NCBI GenBank assembly: GCA_021828195.1
Contig: JAKASQ010000001.1
Location: 532,335-596,334, forward strand
DNA: 64,000 nt
Reading direction: 5' to 3'
Source of the DNA: Thermoplasmata archaeon
GTDB lineage: Archaea; Thermoplasmatota; Thermoplasmata; Lutacidiplasmatales; UBA184
In this document: piece after piece, positions 56,557 to 64,000 of the stretch
Position numbering within the stretch: the first letter of the stretch is position 1
How the letters are laid out: the number at the start of each line of letters is the position of its first letter
Program-made: the position numbers and the translations under genes
Notes under the pieces: model-generated
The model's input: the letters and a program-made list of their open reading frames with translations, nothing else
Databases searched by the model: none
Told to the model about the DNA's origin: nothing

Positions 56557-56583
56557 CGAGAACACCCGCTCTGAGCGTTTCGA

Positions 56584-58350
56584 ATGGCCGATGAGGAGAT
56601 CCCGCGCGACCCGCGCTGGGCCCTCCCCCTCGCGGCAATCGGCGTCGCCGTCGTAGCGATCTTTTGGTACTGGGATTCCCCGACGCTCCTCGCGGTCGGC
56701 ATGCTCTCGGCGGGCATGTTCGGAATCTTCGGGCTGATGTACCTCGGCCTCTCCTACACGGGACCGAAGTCGCGCCTCTACGGCCTCAAGCCGCTCACGA
56801 CCCGGCTCCCGGCGATCTCCCAGCCGAAAGGCCACGTCCACTTCCGAACGAAGATGTTCTGGACGATCGTCATCGTCCTGCTCTACTTCCTGATGACGAA
56901 CATCTACCTCTTTGGGGTAGATCAGGCGACCGTCATCGATCTGTTCGCGAGCTACCGCGCGATCCTCGCCGGGGCCCAGGGGACCCTGATGCACCTCGGC
57001 ATCGGGCCCATCGTCACCGCGTCGATCATCATGCAGTTGTTCGTCGGGGCGAAGATCATCAACCTCGACCTCACGGACGACGAGGACAAGGGGACCTACC
57101 AGGGCTCTCAAAAGGTGCTGGTCCTGGTCATGATCTTCGTCGAAGCGATCCCCCAGGTCTTCGGGTACCTGACCCCGTCCGCCTCGCTCGTCACCAGTCT
57201 CGGTCAATTCTCTCCCGGCAACGGCATGCTGCTTGCCGACACGATCATCGTGGCCCAGCTCGTCTTCGGCTGCTACCTCGTGTTCCTGATGGACGAGGTC
57301 GTCTCGAAGTGGGGGATCGGGAGTGGGATCTCCCTGTTCATCGCGGCCGGCGTGAGCCAGCAGATCGTCCAGGGAACCCTGAACTGGTTACCGTCGGCCG
57401 CGGGGCCGATCAGCGCCGGGAACCCCCCCAGCGGAACGATCCCGAAGACGATCTGGTTCCTGACGAACCTCAACGCCTCCCAGATGGCCTCGGGGGGTTG
57501 GGAGCAAGTGCTCCTACACGCGCCGAATCCCGTCATCGCGCTGGTCGGCACGGCCGTCATCTTCTTCATCGTGGCCTGGACCGAGTCGACCCGCATCGAA
57601 CTGCCGCTCTCCCACGCGGAGGCGCGAGGGGCGCGGGGTCGCTACCCGCTCCGCCTGATCTACGCATCGAACATCCCGGTGATCCTGATGTCGGCGCTGC
57701 TCGCCAACATCTCGGTCGTCACGATCCTGTTATGGACGAATCCCACGCTCGCGCACTTTCCGCTGATCGGACATCAGTGGTGGATCGGATCGTATCCCGC
57801 GAGCGCGGCCGCCGCGCAACTGTTAGGAGTGGGCGCTACGACCCCCTTAACGGGAGGCGCGTGGTACCTCTCCACGCCGAACGGGCTCGAGTCCTGGTTC
57901 CTGCCGCTGCTCAACTCGCAAACGTATGGGGCATTCCTCCTGGGTCATGCGTGGTGGCAATCGCTCGTCCACGTCGGGCTGTACTTCGGGGTCCTGGTCG
58001 GAGGCTCGATCCTGTTCGCGAAGTTCTGGATCCAGACGACGAACATGGGCCCCGAGGCCGTCGCGCGACAGATCGAAGCGTCCGGCATGCAGATCCCCGG
58101 ATTCCGTCGAGAGCCGCGAGTCCTGCGCCGCGTGCTGGAACGCTACATCCCCGTCATCACCGTCATCAGCGGCGCCACGGTCGGGGCCCTGGCCGCCGGA
58201 GCGGACCTCATCGGTACCGTCGGGAACGCGAGCGGTACGGGCGTGCTGCTGATGGTGGGCATCATCATTAACCTGTACGAGGCCATGGGCCGCGAACAGC
58301 TCATGGAGATGAACCCGCTGCTGCGCCGGTTCATCGCGGGAGAGGAGTGA
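56584..58350 (+). CDS. secY: preprotein translocase subunit SecY
   Basis: 588 aa. Conservation begins around ...AISQPKGHVHFRTKMFWTIVIVLLYFLMTNIYLFG. The N-terminal 51 aa are an extension. An alternative start is M52 at 56737. Confidence 0.85.
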   Translation: MADEEIPRDPRWALPLAAIGVAVVAIFWYWDSPTLLAVGMLSAGMFGIFGLMYLGLSYTGPKSRLYGLKPLTTRLPAISQPKGHVHFRTKMFWTIVIVLLYFLMTNIYLFGVDQATVIDLFASYRAILAGAQGTLMHLGIGPIVTASIIMQLFVGAKIINLDLTDDEDKGTYQGSQKVLVLVMIFVEAIPQVFGYLTPSASLVTSLGQFSPGNGMLLADTIIVAQLVFGCYLVFLMDEVVSKWGIGSGISLFIAAGVSQQIVQGTLNWLPSAAGPISAGNPPSGTIPKTIWFLTNLNASQMASGGWEQVLLHAPNPVIALVGTAVIFFIVAWTESTRIELPLSHAEARGARGRYPLRLIYASNIPVILMSALLANISVVTILLWTNPTLAHFPLIGHQWWIGSYPASAAAAQLLGVGATTPLTGGAWYLSTPNGLESWFLPLLNSQTYGAFLLGHAWWQSLVHVGLYFGVLVGGSILFAKFWIQTTNMGPEAVARQIEASGMQIPGFRREPRVLRRVLERYIPVITVISGATVGALAAGADLIGTVGNASGTGVLLMVGIIINLYEAMGREQLMEMNPLLRRFIAGEE

Positions 58351-59138
58351 TGACCGCAGGGTCCGACGCCCCCCTCGCGAGCAGCACGGCGATTGATTCC
58401 GCCCCGGCGCCGCCCGCGACCTCACCGGCCAAGGCCTCGCCTCCTCCGCGGCGGGGCGGTGGGTTCCGGCTCTCGACGTTTATCCTCGTCTTCCTCGGCC
58501 TTCTCGGTCTGTGGATGGTCATCGACACCACCTTCCGCAACTCGCTCGCGGGTGCCTTGGGGACCGGGCCGGGCAATCCGGGATTCCTCTACACCGCCAT
58601 CGGGTTCAACAGCCAGTACCTCCTCCTCACGATGGCCATCGCCGGCGCGCTCGAGATGGCGATCACGGCGATCGCCTACAACTTCGTCACCGACTGGATC
58701 AAGGCCGCCAAGGTCCAGAAGTGGTCGAGCGCCTTCCGCAAGGTCCAGATGGCGGCGATGCGCTCGGGCAAGAAGGACCGGATCGACTCGCTCAAGCCGT
58801 ACCAGCAGAAGCTCACGCGCCTGTCCTCCGAGGTCTCGATCGCGCAGCTGAAGGGAATGGCGGTCACTTGGTTCCTCCTGATCCTCATCTACACGTGGGT
58901 CGGGCTCGTCATCCAGACCGCGTACAACGCGAACCCCCTCAATGCGAACGTGAACCTGGGCGGATCGGTGGTCGGACTGCTCAACCCGGTGGTCGGGCCG
59001 ATCCCGTACTGGTTCCTCATTTTCAGCCTGTACACCGTTCCGCTGTCGTTCATCTTCCGGCGGCTGCTCAAGGACGTCTGGCTCGCCCGCTACGAGCGGA
59101 ACCACAATGTCCCCCCTCTCCCGACCCCGACGAGCTAG
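58347..59138 (+). CDS. DUF106-family membrane protein, archaeal Oxa1/YidC-like (EMC3/TMCO1/Get1-related) insertase
   Basis: ATGA overlap with secY. Three TM helices plus a coiled-coil loop (...KVQKWSSAFRKVQMAAMRSGKKDRIDSLKPYQQKLTRLSSE...). Confidence 0.65.
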   Translation: MMTAGSDAPLASSTAIDSAPAPPATSPAKASPPPRRGGGFRLSTFILVFLGLLGLWMVIDTTFRNSLAGALGTGPGNPGFLYTAIGFNSQYLLLTMAIAGALEMAITAIAYNFVTDWIKAAKVQKWSSAFRKVQMAAMRSGKKDRIDSLKPYQQKLTRLSSEVSIAQLKGMAVTWFLLILIYTWVGLVIQTAYNANPLNANVNLGGSVVGLLNPVVGPIPYWFLIFSLYTVPLSFIFRRLLKDVWLARYERNHNVPPLPTPTS

Positions 59139-59154
59139 GCCCGGGGATCGGGCC

Positions 59155-59697
59155 GTGATCGACGTCGTGGTCTGCATCGGCGGTCCGCCCGGGAGCGGCA
59201 AATCCACGGCCGGTCGCAAGGTCGCGGAGCGGCTCGGCCTTGAGTACCGATCCGCCGGCGAGATCTTCCGGGCCGAGGCGTCCCAGCACGGGCTCGATCT
59301 GGAAGCGTTCGGGAGATACGCGGAGACCCACCCCGAGGTCGATCGGGCTCTCGACCGCGCGATGCAGGCGCTCGCGAGACCGGGTCGGGTGCTGGACGGA
59401 CGGATCCAGGGCCCGCTCTGCCGCCGCCACGGGATCGCCGCTGTCTCGATCGTGATCACCGCCCGCCCCGAGGTGCGCGCAGGGCGCGTCGCCGGACGCG
59501 ACGCCGCATCGCTTGACCGTGCGACCCGGGAGATCGCGGAACGCGAGGCGAGCGAGCACCGCCGCTACCGCACGCTCTACGAGATCGATCTCGATACGGA
59601 GCCCGTCGACTTCACGATCGACTCCTCCGAGCGGTCCCCGAGCGAGGTGGTGGAGGAGATCGTGCGGTTCCTCGAGCGGAAGGGGCAGGACCCGTGA
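59155..59697 (+). CDS. cmk: cytidylate kinase, archaeal type
   Basis: The GTG at 59155 gives VIDVVVCIGGPPGSGKSTAGRKVAERLGLEYRSAGEIFR (P-loop). The alternative upstream start at 59107 adds 16 aa. Confidence 0.7.
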   Translation: MIDVVVCIGGPPGSGKSTAGRKVAERLGLEYRSAGEIFRAEASQHGLDLEAFGRYAETHPEVDRALDRAMQALARPGRVLDGRIQGPLCRRHGIAAVSIVITARPEVRAGRVAGRDAASLDRATREIAEREASEHRRYRTLYEIDLDTEPVDFTIDSSERSPSEVVEEIVRFLERKGQDP

Positions 59698-60671
59698 TCG
59701 GGGCCCCCGTGCCCTCGGCGCTCTCCCCCCGCCTCGCCCCGGGCGCCTTCCTGCTCGTGGACAAGCCCCGCGGCCCGTCCTCGCACCAGGTCACCGCGTG
59801 GGTCCGGGACCTCCTTGGCATCGAGCGGGCGGGCCACGCCGGCACCCTCGATCCCAACGTCTCGGGCCTTCTATGGATCGGCGTGGGCCCGGCCCTCAAG
59901 CTCATCCCGCTCGTCCTCGAGTTCCCGAAGCGGTACGTCGGGGCCATGGTCCTTCACGGTGCTCCACCTCCGAAGGAGCTCGCTCGAGTGCTCGCGGAGT
60001 TCGAGGGCCCGATCTACCAGACCCCCCCGGTCCGATCCGCCGTGAAGAGGGAGCGCCGCGTCCGGACGATCCATCACCTTCGACTGCTCGAAACCGATGG
60101 ACCTCGTCTGCTCCTGGATGTGACCGCGGACTCGGGCACGTACATCCGCTCGCTCGCGGTCGACATCGGGGAGGCCCTCGGTATCGGGGGCAACCTGGTG
60201 GAGCTTCGACGCATCGGCACGGGCCCGTTCGACGAGCGCCGTTCGATCACGCTCACCGCGCTCGCGGACGCCGTTCAGGCGGCGCGCGCCGGCGCTCCAG
60301 GGACCCTGGAAGCCGCCCTCCACCCGATGGAGGAGGTCTGGGAGGAGTTCCCGCGCCTCGTGCTGAAGGACAGCGCGGCGAGCGCGGTCGCGCACGGCTC
60401 CAATCTCGCGGCCGGAGGGATCCTCGGAGCGCCATCCCGCGCCTTTTCCAAGGACGCCCGGGTGGTGCTCGTCGCTCGTTCCGGAGAGCTTGTCGCGACG
60501 GGAACGGCCCTGTTCGACTCGCGGGAGTTCACGACCGTGCGCCACGGCTGGGTCGTCGACTCCGATCGCGTCTTCGCGGATGCCGCGAAGTTCCCCGTAC
60601 TCTGGCGGACTCCCCGCTCCCGTCCAAGACCCGCCGATGCGCGCGGCCCCGGCGGCGCTGACGTTATCTGA
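59694..60671 (+). CDS. cbf5: tRNA/rRNA pseudouridine synthase Cbf5 (H/ACA RNP catalytic subunit, TruB family with PUA domain)
   Basis: Contains LVDKPRGPSSHQV...GHAGTLDPNVSGLL. GTG start with GTGA overlap with cmk. A C-terminal PUA domain is present. Confidence 0.85.
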   Translation: MIGAPVPSALSPRLAPGAFLLVDKPRGPSSHQVTAWVRDLLGIERAGHAGTLDPNVSGLLWIGVGPALKLIPLVLEFPKRYVGAMVLHGAPPPKELARVLAEFEGPIYQTPPVRSAVKRERRVRTIHHLRLLETDGPRLLLDVTADSGTYIRSLAVDIGEALGIGGNLVELRRIGTGPFDERRSITLTALADAVQAARAGAPGTLEAALHPMEEVWEEFPRLVLKDSAASAVAHGSNLAAGGILGAPSRAFSKDARVVLVARSGELVATGTALFDSREFTTVRHGWVVDSDRVFADAAKFPVLWRTPRSRPRPADARGPGGADVI

Positions 60672-60692
60672 CGCGCCCGCTCGAACCGACCC

Positions 60693-63600
60693 GTGGCGGA
60701 CCCGACGCTCCAGGGACGGGGGCCGAGGATCTTCGCGGCCCTCGGCCGCTGGGTCGTCCGTCATCCGTGGTACCCGATCGCCTTCTGGATCGTGCTGTTG
60801 ATCGTGGCCGTGCCGTTCCTCCCCCTCCTCGGATCGGTCACCACGAACTCGACCACCTCGCTGCCCTCGAGCGCCCCGAGCTCGATGGCCAACCAGGAGC
60901 TCGCCGAGCTCTTCCCGAACCAATCCGCCGGCGCCTCCACGTACCTCCTGTTCACCGCCGGGAACATGACCGATCCCAGCGCCCAGACCTCGATCCTCGC
61001 CGTGAGCGCATCGCTCCGAGCGGACTCGAAGTTGACGTACGTTTCCGAGATCTCTAACGTTTACAGCACGTACGCGACCTACCTCGGCGGACAGGCCCAG
61101 ATCGCGAGCCGGGCGGTCCAGAGCTCGATCCCGACGCTGCTGCCCGCTATCAACCTCTCCTCCGCGCTCCTGTGGGGCCCGCCCGCACTCTTTCTCGGGA
61201 CATGGGAGGGGCTGGTCGCGAACGGCACCCCGCCCGCATCGGCCAACCCGATCGCCTACCGCGAGACGAGCGCCGCGCTCGTGAACCAGACCGCCGCTCT
61301 CGAGGTTCTCCGCGCGTTCTACGACGGGTACGGAGGTTCCGGTGCGGGATTCAACGGAACCGCGAACTGCGCCCGGGATCCTTCGACGGTCGAAGCCTGC
61401 ACCGACCGGACCGTTCGTTCGAACGTCGCTCCGCTCATCGTTCCGCTCTTCCCCGGTAATCCCGCGGCCCAGAATGTGGCGAACGTCACGCTCGGATCGC
61501 TTGGCGTGGAGAACTACACCGCCTACGCGAGCGTGCGAACGATCGCCACGATCGTCCTCAGCCCCTCGCTCGGACTGCCCCCGAAGTGGGTCGTCACCGT
61601 CTGGACCGAGTTCCCGCGGGGGATCTCCTCGCCGACGGTCGCGACGGCGTGGGCGAACGCGACGGTCGCGAACTCCTCGTACTACGCGGAGCCGCTCCCG
61701 ATCCCCCATTCGATATCGGCCGAGTTCGTCGACCCGGCGGGGACCGCGAGCCTGATCGGGGTCTCCTTCTCTGTCGGCGACGGCTTCACGGTCGACGGGG
61801 CGAAGCCCGTCTACGACGATATCAACGAGATCAACCGGATCGTGCCCGGGGCCCTCGCCGCCGCCGATCCCTCCCGCGCGATCTCCTTCGAGCAGACGGG
61901 CACCTCCGCCCTCGATCTCGCCCAGCAGACCATCCTGAACGACTCGCTCGGCCTCGTGCTCCCGATCACCGTGATCCTGTTGATGGGGATCACGGCGCTG
62001 TACTTCCGCGCCCCGATCACGCCCCTCACGGCGTTCGTAGGGCTCGCGATCGCGCTCGTGCTCAGTCTCGGCAGCACGGTGCTGATCGGCACGTTCATCA
62101 CGCACGTCGATACCTCGGCCCTGACGCTCGAGGAGGTGTTCGTCCTCGGGGTCGGGACCGATTACTCGATCTTCCTTATCGCCCGGTACCGAGAGGAGCT
62201 CGTCGCGGGCCGCGCGTCCCGGGACGCGGTGGTCACGGCGCTGACGTGGGCGGGCCAGAGCGTGGCCACCAGCGGCTCGACCGCGATCATCGCCACGCTC
62301 GCGCTCGCCTTCAGCGGGGTCGCCCTCCTGAGCCAGTGGGGTTCCGTGCTCTCGGTCGCGATCCTGATCACGATGATGGCGTCGCTCACGCTGACGCCCG
62401 CGCTGCTCGTGCTGATCGGACCGAGGGTCTTCTGGCCGGCGACGGGAAGCCGCTTCCGCACGCAGGCGGCCACGCAGAACGCCCGCATCGCCGGGGAGCG
62501 GACGTACTTCTATCGCGCCGGTCGGCTCACCCAACGCCGGCCGTGGACGATCGTGGGGATCATCCTGCTGCTGTCGATCCCCCTCGTCCTGATCGCGCTG
62601 TCCGTGCCGTTGTCGTACGATTACTACGACCAGCTTCCGTCGAGCCAACCGGCCGTCCAGGGGCTCCAAACACTGGGCGCCCACTACGGACCCGGGTTTG
62701 CGTTCCCGTCGTACACCCTCGTGACGTTCTCCGCTCCGCTGATCGTGGGGAACCACACGAACGCCCGCGAATTCTCCGAGATCGCTTCGTTAACGACCCT
62801 GGCGCAGTCGACCGGCGGGATCGCTCAGGTGCAGTCCCCGGTGGGTCCCTGGGGAGCTCCTCTATCCATGTGGGACAACTACTCGACCGCTCCGATCGCG
62901 ACGCAGCAGAACCTGCACGCCCTGCTCGGTGCGTACGTGGGCGCCGACGGACGGACCGTGCTGCTCACGCTTCAGACCGGCGTGAGCGGTTTGTCGGCGA
63001 ACGCGATCTCGGCGATCCAGTCGGTCGAGTCGTCATTCTCGACGTACCAGAGCGCCCACCCCGATGTTACGAAGGTCGCCTTTGGCGGAGCGGCTCCCAC
63101 GACGAGCGATCTCGCCGCCCAGACGGCGCTCGCGACCGAGCGCATGGTCATCGCGGTGGCGATCGGGCTGATCGTGGTGCTGTTCGTCGTGCTGAGGTCC
63201 TGGATCATTCCGATCATGGCGGTCGCGACCATCGGTCTGTCGATCATCTGGGCGTGGGCGATCACCTACCTCGTGCTGGGGAGGATCTTCGGTATCGCAT
63301 TGTTCTTCTTCGTGCCCACGGTCCTGTTCATCCTGATCCTGGGCCTCGGGATCGACTACAACATCTTCCTGTTGACGCGCGTGCGCGAGGAGCGCTTGCG
63401 GGGGCGTTCTTCGACCGACGCGGCGGTGGAGGGCGTGGCGCGCACGGGAGGGATCATCACGGCCGCCGCCATCATCCTCGCGAGTGCGTTCGCGACCCTG
63501 ATGTTCGGGAGCTTCGCGCTGCTCGTGGCCATCGGGTTCTCGGTCGCGGTCGCCGTCGTGCTCGACGCGATGGTGATCCGGACCTACCTCGTCCCGGCGG

Positions 63601-63713
63601 CGCTCCATCTCCTCGGGGATCGCGTTTGGGAGATCCGCCGCCGCGGGCCCGAGCCGGTGGCCGCGTCGAGGACTTCGGACGTCGGTCGGACGGCCGGGCC
63701 TCCGACGAACTAG
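60693..63713 (+). CDS. MMPL/RND-superfamily membrane transporter, paralog of 30298-32985
   Basis: 1006 aa. The MMPL motif GTDYSIFLIARYREE occurs twice (second copy GIDYNIFLLTRVREE). Many N-x-S/T sequons lie in two large extracytoplasmic domains. GTG start. Confidence 0.8.
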   Translation: MADPTLQGRGPRIFAALGRWVVRHPWYPIAFWIVLLIVAVPFLPLLGSVTTNSTTSLPSSAPSSMANQELAELFPNQSAGASTYLLFTAGNMTDPSAQTSILAVSASLRADSKLTYVSEISNVYSTYATYLGGQAQIASRAVQSSIPTLLPAINLSSALLWGPPALFLGTWEGLVANGTPPASANPIAYRETSAALVNQTAALEVLRAFYDGYGGSGAGFNGTANCARDPSTVEACTDRTVRSNVAPLIVPLFPGNPAAQNVANVTLGSLGVENYTAYASVRTIATIVLSPSLGLPPKWVVTVWTEFPRGISSPTVATAWANATVANSSYYAEPLPIPHSISAEFVDPAGTASLIGVSFSVGDGFTVDGAKPVYDDINEINRIVPGALAAADPSRAISFEQTGTSALDLAQQTILNDSLGLVLPITVILLMGITALYFRAPITPLTAFVGLAIALVLSLGSTVLIGTFITHVDTSALTLEEVFVLGVGTDYSIFLIARYREELVAGRASRDAVVTALTWAGQSVATSGSTAIIATLALAFSGVALLSQWGSVLSVAILITMMASLTLTPALLVLIGPRVFWPATGSRFRTQAATQNARIAGERTYFYRAGRLTQRRPWTIVGIILLLSIPLVLIALSVPLSYDYYDQLPSSQPAVQGLQTLGAHYGPGFAFPSYTLVTFSAPLIVGNHTNAREFSEIASLTTLAQSTGGIAQVQSPVGPWGAPLSMWDNYSTAPIATQQNLHALLGAYVGADGRTVLLTLQTGVSGLSANAISAIQSVESSFSTYQSAHPDVTKVAFGGAAPTTSDLAAQTALATERMVIAVAIGLIVVLFVVLRSWIIPIMAVATIGLSIIWAWAITYLVLGRIFGIALFFFVPTVLFILILGLGIDYNIFLLTRVREERLRGRSSTDAAVEGVARTGGIITAAAIILASAFATLMFGSFALLVAIGFSVAVAVVLDAMVIRTYLVPAALHLLGDRVWEIRRRGPEPVAASRTSDVGRTAGPPTN

Positions 63714-64000
63714 AGGTAGCGGGCGCGCGCGCGCTCGACGTGCTGCTCGGCGCCCGAGCCGTCCACGACCTCCGCGATCGCGCCGTCCGGGGTGATGAAG
63801 AACGTCACGCGCTTTGCGGTCCCGGTGGGCCGGAGCACCCCGTAGGCCCTCGCGACCCTCTTCTCGTGGTCGGCGACCAGCGGGAACGGCAGGCCGTACT
63901 TCGTCGCGAACGCCTGCTGGTCCGGGCAGTCATCGGTGCTGACGCCGACGATCTGGACCCCCGCCTTCTGGAACTCGGAGTAGTGGTCGCGGAACCCCTT
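63710..64000 (-). CDS. bcp: peroxiredoxin (Bcp/AhpC-TSA family), C-terminal fragment truncated by window edge
   Basis: Reverse-complement translation: ...KGFRDHYSEFQKAGVQIVGVSTDDCPDQQAFATKYGLPFPLVADHEKRVARAYGV... The stop overlaps the stop of the convergent MMPL gene. Confidence 0.7.
   Translation of the reverse strand, partial: KGFRDHYSEFQKAGVQIVGVSTDDCPDQQAFATKYGLPFPLVADHEKRVARAYGVLRPTGTAKRVTFFITPDGAIAEVVDGSGAEQHVERARARYL

Noticed and set aside
1-64000. CRISPR arrays, rRNA genes and prophage blocks.
   Set aside because: No direct-repeat/spacer periodicity, no rRNA-like conserved stretches and no clustered phage genes were seen. The only mobile element is the TnpB insertion sequence.

Overview
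This window is a high-GC (roughly 65-70%) archaeal chromosome segment with almost no non-coding space. The r-protein operon contains L32e, L19e, S4e and an Rpp29 gene; the window also contains archaeal-specific genes such as tiaS, RaSEA, the CTP-dependent riboflavin kinase fusion RbkR and the DUF106 Oxa1-like insertase next to secY, and archaeal-style TATA boxes. I infer from gene content that the organism is a Thermoplasmatota-like euryarchaeon.

Main blocks, in order:
- 2-3140, plus strand: the 3' end of a 2-oxoacid:ferredoxin oxidoreductase beta subunit, then tiaS, then hisS.
- 2998-6745, minus strand: a tightly coupled operon of Sm-like protein, RbkR, RaSEA, NadE and a CDIN1-like PD-(D/E)XK nuclease.
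- 6832-9873: citrate synthase and an orphan dnaK, convergent.
- 9874-10364: a 490-nt GC-rich leader or intergenic region with a TATA box.
- 10365-28404: a roughly 19-gene plus-strand super-operon. It encodes the archaeal alternative (DKFP/ADH) shikimate pathway (aroA', aroB', a fused aroD-aroE, GHMP-type aroK, aroA, aroC), then asd and aspartate kinase, then trpEGDCFBA. Three extra genes follow trpA with overlapping starts: an M20D amidohydrolase, a SufS-like class V PLP enzyme and a VOC/glyoxalase. Almost every junction is a 4-nt ATGA or GTGA start/stop overlap.
- 28416-30132, minus strand: an amidase and a small coiled-coil protein.
- 30298-32985 and 60693-63713: two paralogous MMPL/RND transporters rich in N-glycosylation sequons.
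- 33050-33152: tRNA-Ala(GGC) that appears to carry a 31-nt intron at the non-canonical 59/60 position in the T-loop.
- 33187-37427: an XRE-type HTH regulator followed by the mevalonate-pathway entry complex (HMG-CoA synthase, thiolase, DUF35) and a DUF835-like protein.
- 37447-40856: a GT4 glycosyltransferase, DUF99, a zinc-ribbon/CarbopepD-like membrane protein and DUF2203.
- 40860-42260: a TnpB-only IS200/IS605 (IS1341-type) element with palindromic end hairpins.
- 42320-43552: threonine dehydratase.
- 44284-60671: the large r-protein operon (L3 to L15) and secY, both apparently leaderless from TTATATAG boxes, followed by DUF106, cmk and cbf5.
- 63710-64000: the 3' end of a peroxiredoxin.

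The six-frame track contains many long ORFs in antisense or alternative frames. I judged these to be stop-codon-poor GC-rich artefacts. Several true starts are internal GTG or ATG codons, which I derived from conserved N-termini together with the 4-nt overlaps.
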